A stretch of DNA of 64,000 nucleotides, from the NCBI GenBank assembly GCA_963717505.1, contig OY970342.1, positions 2,048,001-2,112,000 of the forward strand, in the 5' to 3' direction. The number at the start of each line of letters is the position of its first letter. The first letter of the stretch is position 1. Shown in pieces: positions 10,132 through 19,199 of the stretch. Made by a program: the position numbers and the translations under genes. This DNA comes from Candidatus Eiseniibacteriota bacterium. GTDB lineage: Bacteria; Eisenbacteria; RBG-16-71-46. The notes under the pieces are model-generated. The model did no database searches. It saw only the letters and a list, made by a program, of their open reading frames with translations, and was not told the DNA's origin.

Positions 10132-13100
10132 GGCGGCGTACGACGTGCGTGGCGGCGATCGGCGCCTGGCTGGCGATCGGCATTACGACCTCGATCGCGG
10201 CCGGACAATCGCCCGCACCCTCCGCCGCGCCGCCGCCGGGTTCGCCGACCGCGCCTTCTCCTTCGTCCTCGACCCCGCTCGACATCTCGGCCGACCGCAT
10301 GACCGGCAGCCACGGTCCGGAAGGCGACGAAGTCCAGCTCGACGGCAACGTGCGCATCATCCGGGGTCGCGCCGTGATCACCGCCGAGCACGGCCGCTAC
10401 CTGCGCAACGCCGGCATGTTGCACCTGGAGCGGAACGTCCGCCTGGTCGACAGCACGACCACCGTGACCTGTGACAAGGCGTCCTACGCCGAGTTCACCG
10501 ACATCCTGCACCTCGAGGGCCACGTGCACGTGGTCGACCGCGAAGCGACCCTCGACGCGCCGTGGGCGACCTACGACCGGCGCGAGGGGCGGATCGACCT
10601 GCATGGCGGCGCTCGCGCGCGCGATCAGCGCCAGCAGATGGAAGCCGACAGCGTCACCTATCATCGCGACGACCAGGTGCTCGAAGCTCGCGGCAACGTC
10701 CGCGGGGTGGACGAGGAAAACCGGCTCCACCTGACCGCGGGTGCCGTCGACTACGACCGGACGACCAGCGTCGCCGAAGCCTGGCGCGACCCGCTGCTGA
10801 TCTCGCGCGAAGAGAAGGGGCCGCCGACCCACATTCGGGCGCGACTGTTGCGGATCAACACCGAGAGCCGGCTGGCCGAGGCGATCGACTCGGTGCGGGT
10901 CGAGCGCGACACGATGCATGCGAGTGCCGACTACGGCCAGTTCGATGACCCCAACGACTACGGGCTGATGACCGGCCACCCGCGCGCGTGGGACGACGAA
11001 ACCGAGGTGTCCGGCGACACCCTGGAGTTCTGGACCGACGACAACCGTCTGAACCGGGTCGTGGTGATCGGTAACGCCGACGTCGGCTACCGGGGGATGC
11101 GCGAGCAGAATCGCGACGAGCAGAACCGACTCGTCGGCGATCGGGTCGACGTGTTCTTCACCGACAACGAGATCGACAGCCTGGTCGCCACCGGCAAGGC
11201 CGGCAACCAGTATCAGGCGGTCCCGAAGGAAGGGAAGACGCCCGAATCGAATCAGGCGCAAGGCGACACGATCACCGTGTTCTTCACCGACCGAAAGGTC
11301 ACGCGCGCCGTGATCGAAGGCAATGCCTCGGGCGAGTACCGCTTTGCCGTCGACCCGAGCGACACCGCGGCCGTGTCGGCCGAGCGGGTTGTCTACCGGG
11401 CGCCACGCATCGAGTACCAGGTTGCCGAGGACCGCATCGTCCTCGACCGCGAAGCGCAGGTGAACTACCGCGATCTCGAGCTCAAGTCCCAGCGCGTGGT
11501 GTTCGACGTCGGCGAAGAGGCGCTGACCGCCGAGGGCCAGCCCGAGCTGATGGATCGCGGCGAGAGAGTGGTCGGCAAACTGATGACCTACGACCTGGAA
11601 AGTCGGGTCGGCAACATCTACGAAGCCGAGACCCAGTACGAAACCGGCCTCTATCACGGCCGCCAGATCCGCAAGGTCAACGAGAACGAGCTGCAGGTGG
11701 CCAGGGGTTCGTACAGCACCTGCGACCAGGTCGACGCGCACTACCACTTCGCCGCACGCCGGATGAAGATCTACCTCAAGGACAAGGTGGTGGCGAAGCC
11801 GATCGTCCTGTACGTGAAGAACGTGCCGCTGCTGGCGCTGCCGTTCTGGGTGTTCCCGGTGCGCCCGGGCCGGCACTCCGGCGTGCTGATCCCGCGTTTC
11901 GAGCTGGGGTTCAACCGCGAGGCCGGGCAGTTCATCCGCAACGTCGGCTACTACTGGGCGGCCAACGACTACATGGACTTCACCCTGGCCGGCGACTACT
12001 ACCAGGCCGAGCCGTCGTGGGTCCTGCGTGCCGACATGGTCTACAAGCTGCTCTACGTGCTCGACGGCGAGATCAACACCAGCTACGCGCGCAACGAAGG
12101 CGCCGGCGAGGAGAACTGGGACCTCGACGCCTACCACACGCAGGAGCTGACCCCGAACACCCGGCTCGCCGCGCGCGGCTCGTACGTTTCCAGCCGCGAG
12201 TACAGCCAGAGCAATCTCTACGGGCGGCCGCTGTCGCAGCGGCTCAACCGGTTCCTGACTTCGAACATCGCGATCAGCCACACCGCGGCCTGGGCGGCCT
12301 TCAACGGCGTGGTGGATCGGCGGCAGGACCTGGACGCCGCCGACGGCCTGGACGATCCCGATGGCGACGGTCCGCAATCAGGACCCCCGGTCGGCTCCCT
12401 GGCGCCTCTGCCGTCGCTCACCGCGAGCCTGCCCAGCATCACACTCTCGTTCCCCACGCGGGCCCTGGGATCCATTGGCATGTTGCGCGGCACCCCGCTC
12501 GAAACCACCCTGGCCAACGTGTACTTGTCGCTCAGCAGTCGCTACCTCTACTACCAGGAGGAGCGCGCCTTCGTCGAGCAGCGCGTGTTGTCGACCCCCA
12601 ACCCGGGCGAAGCTTCCATCGAAGATTCGATCCTGGTGATCGGCGAGCGGCGCACGGTGCGCAACGGCTTCCAGACCGACATCTCGGTATCGGACGCGCG
12701 CCGGGCGCTCGGCTGGATCAACCTGCGTCCGATCCTCAACTCCACGGTCGCGGTGTTCGACCACGATGTCGAGGGCAACAAGAACGTTCCGGCCGGCGTG
12801 TGGTCGGCCGGATTGGCGGCCAGCACCACGTTCTATGGCACGTTCGCTCCCGGAATCGGCGCGCTCGAGGGAGTCCGGCACGTCGTGTTCCCGTCGGTAT
12901 CGATGACCTACAGCCCCGAGTTCCCCGGGCTGGTGGCGCAGGACAGCGCCGGGAACCCGATCGACCGCTTCGAGAGCTTCGGCTCGATCGGCATTTCCGG
13001 ATTCAAGCAGTTCCGCATGAACATGGCACTGGAGCAGCGGCTTCAGGTCAAGGTCCGCCGCAAGAACGAAATCCAGCGACTCGACAATCTGCTGTCGTGG

Positions 13101-13700
13101 ACCATGGGCGCGAACTACAACTTCCTGTGGCGCGAGCAGAATCAGGTGCACCCCCTGTCGACCATCGGGTCGGCGGTGACGCTGACGCCGCCTCGTTTCG
13201 TCAATGCGACCTTTAGCTGGGTGACCGACGTCTACAATCCGAAGCCGCTGCGCACATTCAACTACAACCTGGGGATGAACCTGTCGAGCACCGACGCGCG
13301 CAACTACTTCGCGGCTCCCGACCTCGCGCTCGACCGCAACGCCCGCAAGGTGCAGCCCTTCACCGACCAGTGGAACGTCGCGTTCGCGTTCTCGTACGCC
13401 GGCGGCTACGCGTTCGACGGCCGGTGGCTGGCCTCGCGCAATGCGAATCTGGTGACCAGCTACCAGATGAGCCCGGCGTGGAGCGTCGAGTACTCGGCGG
13501 CCTACGACGTGACCAACCGGCGGATGGGCACCCAGCGATTCTCTCTGGTCCGCGACCTGCACTGCTGGCAGGCGAGCTTCACGCGCACGTTCATGGTCGG
13601 AGGCGAGGACGAGTACTACTTCAAGATCGGCGTGAAGGAGCAGCCGGAGATCTACATCGACCGCGGTACCCGCGCGATCAGCATCGGCGGCATCCAATGA
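10128..13700 (+). CDS. lptD: LPS-assembly protein LptD-like (~1190 aa) with extended OstA/LptA-type N-terminal region
   Basis: Signal peptide, repeated jellyroll-like segments, YSTCD..HYHF, VPLLALPF..P....SG.LIP, C-terminal RDLHCW. Confidence 0.8.
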   Translation: MRRRTTCVAAIGAWLAIGITTSIAAGQSPAPSAAPPPGSPTAPSPSSSTPLDISADRMTGSHGPEGDEVQLDGNVRIIRGRAVITAEHGRYLRNAGMLHLERNVRLVDSTTTVTCDKASYAEFTDILHLEGHVHVVDREATLDAPWATYDRREGRIDLHGGARARDQRQQMEADSVTYHRDDQVLEARGNVRGVDEENRLHLTAGAVDYDRTTSVAEAWRDPLLISREEKGPPTHIRARLLRINTESRLAEAIDSVRVERDTMHASADYGQFDDPNDYGLMTGHPRAWDDETEVSGDTLEFWTDDNRLNRVVVIGNADVGYRGMREQNRDEQNRLVGDRVDVFFTDNEIDSLVATGKAGNQYQAVPKEGKTPESNQAQGDTITVFFTDRKVTRAVIEGNASGEYRFAVDPSDTAAVSAERVVYRAPRIEYQVAEDRIVLDREAQVNYRDLELKSQRVVFDVGEEALTAEGQPELMDRGERVVGKLMTYDLESRVGNIYEAETQYETGLYHGRQIRKVNENELQVARGSYSTCDQVDAHYHFAARRMKIYLKDKVVAKPIVLYVKNVPLLALPFWVFPVRPGRHSGVLIPRFELGFNREAGQFIRNVGYYWAANDYMDFTLAGDYYQAEPSWVLRADMVYKLLYVLDGEINTSYARNEGAGEENWDLDAYHTQELTPNTRLAARGSYVSSREYSQSNLYGRPLSQRLNRFLTSNIAISHTAAWAAFNGVVDRRQDLDAADGLDDPDGDGPQSGPPVGSLAPLPSLTASLPSITLSFPTRALGSIGMLRGTPLETTLANVYLSLSSRYLYYQEERAFVEQRVLSTPNPGEASIEDSILVIGERRTVRNGFQTDISVSDARRALGWINLRPILNSTVAVFDHDVEGNKNVPAGVWSAGLAASTTFYGTFAPGIGALEGVRHVVFPSVSMTYSPEFPGLVAQDSAGNPIDRFESFGSIGISGFKQFRMNMALEQRLQVKVRRKNEIQRLDNLLSWTMGANYNFLWREQNQVHPLSTIGSAVTLTPPRFVNATFSWVTDVYNPKPLRTFNYNLGMNLSSTDARNYFAAPDLALDRNARKVQPFTDQWNVAFAFSYAGGYAFDGRWLASRNANLVTSYQMSPAWSVEYSAAYDVTNRRMGTQRFSLVRDLHCWQASFTRTFMVGGEDEYYFKIGVKEQPEIYIDRGTRAISIGGIQ

Positions 13701-14863
13701 GCGGGGGCGCCGGCGCCCACTCGGGGCGCCTGCGCGTCGCGTGCGATGCCTGTGAGGCCGGTGCGTGGATCGGTGTGCCGCCGGGCGCGGAGCCCTGGTG
13801 CGAGCGCTGCCAGCGATCGGTTTCGGCTCCGCGCTGCCCCGATTGCGGCACGACGCCGGCCACCGCCGAGCCTCGGTTCCTCGAGGCTCACGGACTTCTC
13901 CAGAACCTCGATGCCGTGCTCGCGGCCTGGGTGGGGGACGCCGCCCCGCTCGACCGTCTGCTGCCGAGGCGGCCGCGGTTCCTGACCGACCTGACGCCGC
14001 CGGCCACGGCCGCGGGTGCTCCCGGGCTCTTCGCCGAAGTTGCTGCGGGCCGATTCGGGTCCGCACTCGCCGAGGCTCCGCCGGAGCCGGGCTCGAGGGA
14101 CGGCCTCGCGACCTTGCGCGCGCTCGCGGTCGCGTGTCAGCGGACCGGCGCCGGTGCCGCCGCGGACACGGCTTGGTCGCGGATTCTCGAGGTTCGGCCG
14201 GACGACCAGGTCGCGCGCCTCAATCGCGGCGTGCTGCGCGCCGTCGGCGAGCGATGGACCGAGGCCCGCGAGGATTTCGAGCGTGCCGGCGACGGCTTCG
14301 AGGCGCGCTGGAATCGCGCGGCGCTCAGCGTGGTCGAGTCGGTGGCCGCGGGCGGCGTGCCGAGCGCCGAAGCACTGCGCGCGGCACGCGACCAGACGGG
14401 CCCGGCCAGCTCCTACTGGAGCGACCAGACCATCGGTCGACTGTTGTGGGCGCTGCTGGTCGAGCGCGCGGCTCGCGCGGAGGGTTCCTCCCGTGCGACG
14501 GCTGTCGAGAACCTGCGTGCGGCCGAGTCGGAACTCGAACACGAGACCTTCTGGGATCGGGCGCTGATTCTCGAAGGCTTTGCCCGTCTCGGGTTGGCGA
14601 GCGATCGCGCGCGCGTGGCGGAGCCGCTGGCCCAGGGCCTGATCGCCGAGCTCGAGGCACAACCCTTTCTCGGCGCCGCCCGCGCCGCGGCGATGCGCGC
14701 GGCGTTGGCCGAGGCCGCACGCGCGATCCGCGGCGGCGATCCGACCACGGCGCGCGAAGCGTTGCGCCGGATGCCGGGGAGAGAGGATCTCGGCCGCTAT
14801 CGCGTTCCGTGCGCCGCCTGCGATGGCGGCACGGTCGGCGTCGAGGAATACGAGTCCGACTAG
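13697..14863 (+). CDS. Hypothetical protein with CxxC motifs and TPR-like helices
   Basis: ATGA overlap with lptD; CDAC, CERC, CPDC at N-terminus, CAAC at C-terminus; ARLNRGVL..EAREDF TPR-like segment. Confidence 0.6.
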   Translation: MSGGAGAHSGRLRVACDACEAGAWIGVPPGAEPWCERCQRSVSAPRCPDCGTTPATAEPRFLEAHGLLQNLDAVLAAWVGDAAPLDRLLPRRPRFLTDLTPPATAAGAPGLFAEVAAGRFGSALAEAPPEPGSRDGLATLRALAVACQRTGAGAAADTAWSRILEVRPDDQVARLNRGVLRAVGERWTEAREDFERAGDGFEARWNRAALSVVESVAAGGVPSAEALRAARDQTGPASSYWSDQTIGRLLWALLVERAARAEGSSRATAVENLRAAESELEHETFWDRALILEGFARLGLASDRARVAEPLAQGLIAELEAQPFLGAARAAAMRAALAEAARAIRGGDPTTAREALRRMPGREDLGRYRVPCAACDGGTVGVEEYESD

Positions 14864-14900
14864 CGGCCGATTGGGCGCCGATTTGGGGCCGACTGGGGCC

Positions 14901-15731
14901 TCAGGCGAGTCCCCAGGTTTCGAGGTCGTCTTCGTCGAGCCCGAGCAGATGACCGACCTCGTGCTGGACCGTGACGCGCACCTCGCGCTCGAGATCCTCC
15001 TGCGTGGTGCAGAAGCGCAGCAAATTGCGGCGAAACAGGTAGATCGCGCCCGGCGCGGACGGCAGATCCTGGGTGGTGCGGCTCATCAGGTCGCGTCCCA
15101 CGAACAGTCCGAGAATGTCCGGTGAGAGCGGCGGTTGCTCGGCGGTGAGGATCGCCGAGTCCGGAAGCGGCTCGACCACCACCGGGATCTCCTGGACGCG
15201 TTGCTTCACCACCGCCGGCAGCTCGGCGAGGCTCTTCTCGACCAGCGCATCGAACGCGTCATCGTCGAGATCCAGAGGTTCCGGATAACGCTCGGGGTCG
15301 AGCGCATTCGCTTGCTCGGCGTAGTCGGCGGCGACTTCCGAATCGCCGAGGTGGTCGCTCGCGCGCGACATCAGATCCAGGGCCTCGGCCAGGTCCGGCC
15401 GGATCGCCAGGGCGCGGTCGGCGTCCTCGCGCGCCTGCGTGAACTGGCACATGTCGTAGCGCGCCGCGGCGCGCAAGTGAAAGAAGAGTGCCGGGTCGGC
15501 CGACCGTTCGGCGCCATCGAGCGCGGTCAGGGCCCGCTCCGGATTGCCCTCCTCGAGCGCCACCGCGGCATCGACCACGCGAACATCGGGGTGCGTGAGT
15601 CGATCGGGGAACGACGACCGCAGCTCGAGCGCGGCCCGCTCGGGATCGCCTTCCTCCATCAAGTCCCAAACTCGGTCGAGTCGGGACCACTCGGCTTCGC
15701 TGAGGGTCGGGTAGTTCACGGGATGGTTCAT
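14901..15731 (-). CDS. TPR-containing zincin-like metallopeptidase
   Basis: TPR-like N-terminal half; LGLFVG, IYLFRRN, VQHEVGHLLGL (HExxH). Confidence 0.8.
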   Translation of the reverse strand: MNHPVNYPTLSEAEWSRLDRVWDLMEEGDPERAALELRSSFPDRLTHPDVRVVDAAVALEEGNPERALTALDGAERSADPALFFHLRAAARYDMCQFTQAREDADRALAIRPDLAEALDLMSRASDHLGDSEVAADYAEQANALDPERYPEPLDLDDDAFDALVEKSLAELPAVVKQRVQEIPVVVEPLPDSAILTAEQPPLSPDILGLFVGRDLMSRTTQDLPSAPGAIYLFRRNLLRFCTTQEDLEREVRVTVQHEVGHLLGLDEDDLETWGLA

Positions 15732-15810
15732 GGCGTGAGACTAGCGGCCCCGATCGCGCGCGGCCAGCCCGGGCTCTGCTACGATTCGGGCCCCCGCCGC
15801 AGGAGGAACG

Positions 15811-16110
15811 ATGACGCAGGCCCAGTTGCTCAGGAAGGTCCGACGCAGTCACGGCCGCTGGTTGGATCGGATCGCGCGGCGCGCCTATCAGGAGGGGTTC
15901 GAAGCCGGACTGGCCCGCGCCCACGGCACCGGGCGCCGGGGCCGTACGATTCGCGGCGACGCCACGGTCGCCGGGCTGATCCGGATCATCGAGCGCCACT
16001 TTTCCCTAGGCCGCTACGGATTCGAGGTCCGGATCGTTCATTCACGCTCCGGGCGGAAGGTCGCGACCGGCGACCAGATCCGGAAATACCGTGTGCCCGA
16101 GGCCTCCTGA
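15811..16110 (+). CDS. Small basic hypothetical protein
   Basis: AGGAGG SD before ATG, 99 aa, divergent from zincin gene. Confidence 0.6.
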   Translation: MTQAQLLRKVRRSHGRWLDRIARRAYQEGFEAGLARAHGTGRRGRTIRGDATVAGLIRIIERHFSLGRYGFEVRIVHSRSGRKVATGDQIRKYRVPEAS

Positions 16111-16222
16111 TCCCGGTGAGGAGCCGCCCCGCCCGGGCCGAAAACAGGGTGACGGTAGGGCCAGGTATGTCAGCACTTCGCAACTTCGACCGGTTCGCAC
16201 CGTGCTCGGTGCGGTTCGAGTC

Positions 16223-16252
16223 TTGACCCTGGTCGCGGGCGGTCCGTAAAAT
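16223..16252 (+). promoter_or_regulatory. sigma70-like promoter of the selenoprotein gene
   Basis: TTGACC-18-TAAAAT; AGGAG SD before ATG 16298. Confidence 0.55.
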
Positions 16253-16297
16253 CCCACCGCGCAACACGTCCCACCGAACCCCAGGAGTTTTCCGTCC

Positions 16298-17701
16298 ATG
16301 AAGCACCTCGCCACGCGATTGTTTGCCTTCGTGATTGTGGCGCTCATTGGAGCGCTCGTGTTGTCGGCTGCCGGTCCCTCGACGGTCCTGCAACCGGACA
16401 AGCTCATCATCCTCTCGACGACGGACGTAAAGGGGAAGACGAGCCCCTGCGGTTGACACACCCCCAAGGGGGGTCTGGCCCGGCGGGCCAGCTACGTCGA
16501 CAGCACGAAGGCGCAATACGGTCAGGTCCTGTTGGTCGACAACGGCGGATTCTTCCCCGAGTCGGCGAACTCGCACGATGTCGCGTGGTTCCTGATGGAC
16601 GCGATGAAGCTGCTCGGGACCGACGCGGTGGGCGTCGGGGACCGCGATCTGCGCTACGGGGTCGCTTATCTGCAGTCGCAGCAGAAGCGCACCGGCCTGC
16701 CGCTGGTCTCCTCGAACCTGCTCGACGCCAAGACCAAGAAGCCGCTCTTCCAGCCCTACCTGATCAAGACAGTGGGCAAGGTCAAGGTCGGAGTTCTCAG
16801 CCTGATCAGCGACAAGGTGGATCTCGGCCCGGCCCGCGATTCGTTGTCGATCACCGAGCCGGCGGTCACCGCCGAGAAGACGATCGCCGAGATGAAGAAG
16901 AAGGGCGCGCAGGTGATCGTGCTCCTGTCGCAGCTCGGCAAGGTCGAGACCGAAGACCTGGTGACCGCGGTCGCCGGGATGGACGTCGCGATCGTCGGCC
17001 GCAACGTGCCGCTGCTCCAGCAGGGCCGCGTGATCAAGAACACGATCGCGTGCTACGGCGGCGAGCAGGGTCAGTATCTCGGACGCACGGTGATCACGCT
17101 CGACAAGGGCGTGGTGACCAAGCGCGAGAACGACATGTCGATCCTGAGCCCGGTGGTCGGCGAGAAGCCCGAGATCCTCGAGCTGGTCAAGAGCTTCGAG
17201 GATTCGTACAACGAGAAGCTGCGCAAGCAGGAAACGGCGGCTGCGACGACGCGTCAGGAAAAGCAGGAGGATCAGCCGGATCGCTTCCTGGGATCCGAGG
17301 TCTGCATCCGCTGCCACACGGCCGAGGGTGAGCAATGGAAGACCACCTCGCACTCGGTGGCCTGGCAGACGCTGATCGACGCCAAGAAGGACGCGACCCC
17401 GGACTGCATCGGCTGTCACGTGGTCGGGTTCCGCAAGCCGACCGGGTTCACCAACCTGACCTCGTCGCCGCACCTGTCGAACGTTCAGTGCGAGAACTGC
17501 CACGGCATCGGCACCCGGCACGAAGCGTTCGCGGCGGCGCCGCATCGGGTCGCCGAGGCGGTCTGCACCCAGTGCCATCAGGGCGAGAACGACCCCGAGT
17601 GGAACTGGGAGAAGAAGCTGCCGATGATCGCCCACCACAACTTCTCGGGCGAGACCGTCAAGAACAAGAAGAACAAGATGAGCGGCGGCAAAGCGCACTG
17701 A
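16298..17701 (+). CDS. Exported UshA-like (seleno)protein fused to a tetraheme cytochrome c; Sec at TGA 16454-16456
   Basis: ATG 16298 with SD and signal peptide, in frame through ..LIILSTTDVKGKTSPCG-TGA-HTPKGGLARR.. with ORF 16532..17701; hemes CIRCH, CIGCH, CENCH, CTQCH. Confidence 0.85.
16457..16491 (+). promoter_or_regulatory. Putative bacterial SECIS element
   Basis: CTGGCCC-GGC-GGGCCAG stem-loop (16475-16491), G-led loop ~25 nt after the UGA. Confidence 0.6.
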
Positions 17702-17729
17702 CGCGGCGGCCGTCGCTCCGTCCTTCACG

Positions 17730-17763
17730 ACGCGGCGTTCCCTCACGGGACGCCGCGTTTTCG
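17730..17763 (+). terminator. Rho-independent terminator
   Basis: ACGCGGCGTTCC/GGGACGCCGCGT stem followed by T-run. Confidence 0.7.
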
Positions 17764-17775
17764 TTGCGGTGGTGC

Positions 17776-17813
17776 TTGACGGCCCTGGGACCCGACACTA
17801 GCCTCGGCGCGTG
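17776..17813 (+). promoter_or_regulatory. sigma70-like promoter with leaderless start for cbs
   Basis: TTGACG-17-TAGCCT-6nt-GTG. Confidence 0.65.
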
Positions 17814-19199
17814 ACCCAGGTCCCTGCCGGTGTGCGCTACTTCGAAAACATCCTCGACACCGTGGGGCACACGCCCCTGGTGCGGCTGCGCGTCGTGGCG
17901 CGCGACTGCCCTTGCCCGGTCCTGGCCAAGCTCGAAGCGTTCAACCCGGGCGGCAGCGTCAAGGACCGGATCGGGCTCGCCATGGTCGAGGCCGCGGAGC
18001 GCGACGGGCGCCTGAAACCGGGCGGCACCATCGTCGAGTGCACCTCGGGCAACACCGGTTTGGGTCTCGCCATGGTCGCCGCGGTCCGCGGGTATCGGGC
18101 CGTGTTCTGCATGCCGGACAAGGTGTCGAGCGAGAAGGTCAACCTGCTCAAGGCTTTCGGCGCCGAAGTGCTCCTCAGTCCGACCTCGGTCGCCCCGGAT
18201 TCTCCCGAGTCCTACTACTCGGTGGCCCGGCGCGTCGAACATGAGCGGCCGGGCGCGTTCCTCACCAACCAGTATCACAACCCGGCGAACCCGCAGGCGC
18301 ACTACGCGACCACCGGTCCCGAGTTGTGGGAGCAGACTGCCGGCCGCATCACCCACTTCGTCGCCGGTATGGGCACCGGCGGCACGATCAGCGGCACCGC
18401 CAAGTACCTCAAGGAGAAGAATCCCAAGGTCCAGGTGATCGGCGCCGACCCGGTCGGCTCGATCCTCAAGCACTATCACGAGACCGGCGAGATGTCCGAA
18501 GCCCACACCTACAAGATCGAAGGCGTCGGCGAGGACTTCATCCCCTCGGCGACCGACTTCAAAGTCATCGACAAGGTGCTCTCGTGCACCGATCGCGCCG
18601 GCCTCAACATGACGCGCCGTCTCGCGCGCGAGGACGCGATCTTCACCGGCGGCTCGGGCGGCATGGCGGTGTGGGTCGCGCTCGAAGTCGCGCGCGGGCT
18701 GCCGGCCGACGCTCTGCCGGTCGTGCTGGTTCCCGACACCGGTGAGCGCTACCTGTCGAAGGTGCACAACGACGAGTGGATGCGCGACAATCACCTGCTC
18801 GATCCTTCGCGCGCCTCGGCCGGGGAGGTCGTCGACAACAAGTCGCGCGGGCTGCCGCGGCTGGTGTCGGTCCAGGCCGGCGCTCCGCTCAAGGAGGCGC
18901 TGGTGCTGATCGAGCAGCATGCCGTCAGCCAGATTCCGGTGTTCAGGAACGGCGACCTGGTCGGCACCCTCGAAGAGAGCGAGATTCTCAAGGCCGCGAT
19001 CGCGGACCCCAAGGCCATTGACCACGCGGTGGACGGGTGGATGCGCGGTCCGCTGACCGTGGTCGACGCCGGCGAGCACGTGGACGCGGTGACCCGGCGA
19101 CTGGCGAAGGAGCCTGCGGTGCTGGTGCGACGCGGCGGTACCATCGCCGGGATTCTCACGCGGTTCGACATGCTTCAGTTCATTGCGGGGGCGGAATGA
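17811..19199 (+). CDS. cbs: Cystathionine beta-synthase with C-terminal CBS domains
   Basis: NPGGSVKDRIG (PLP Lys), TSGNTG, GMGTGGT, YKIEGVG, PDTGERYLSK; CBS-pair tail. Confidence 0.9.
   Translation: MTQVPAGVRYFENILDTVGHTPLVRLRVVARDCPCPVLAKLEAFNPGGSVKDRIGLAMVEAAERDGRLKPGGTIVECTSGNTGLGLAMVAAVRGYRAVFCMPDKVSSEKVNLLKAFGAEVLLSPTSVAPDSPESYYSVARRVEHERPGAFLTNQYHNPANPQAHYATTGPELWEQTAGRITHFVAGMGTGGTISGTAKYLKEKNPKVQVIGADPVGSILKHYHETGEMSEAHTYKIEGVGEDFIPSATDFKVIDKVLSCTDRAGLNMTRRLAREDAIFTGGSGGMAVWVALEVARGLPADALPVVLVPDTGERYLSKVHNDEWMRDNHLLDPSRASAGEVVDNKSRGLPRLVSVQAGAPLKEALVLIEQHAVSQIPVFRNGDLVGTLEESEILKAAIADPKAIDHAVDGWMRGPLTVVDAGEHVDAVTRRLAKEPAVLVRRGGTIAGILTRFDMLQFIAGAE

Noticed and set aside
9600-14066. 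Long antisense and alternate-frame ORFs (e.g. 9600..12377, 12378..14066, and similar throughout)
   Set aside because: Shadow ORFs expected in high-GC DNA; they overlap well-supported genes and have Arg/Pro/Ala-rich composition without motifs.
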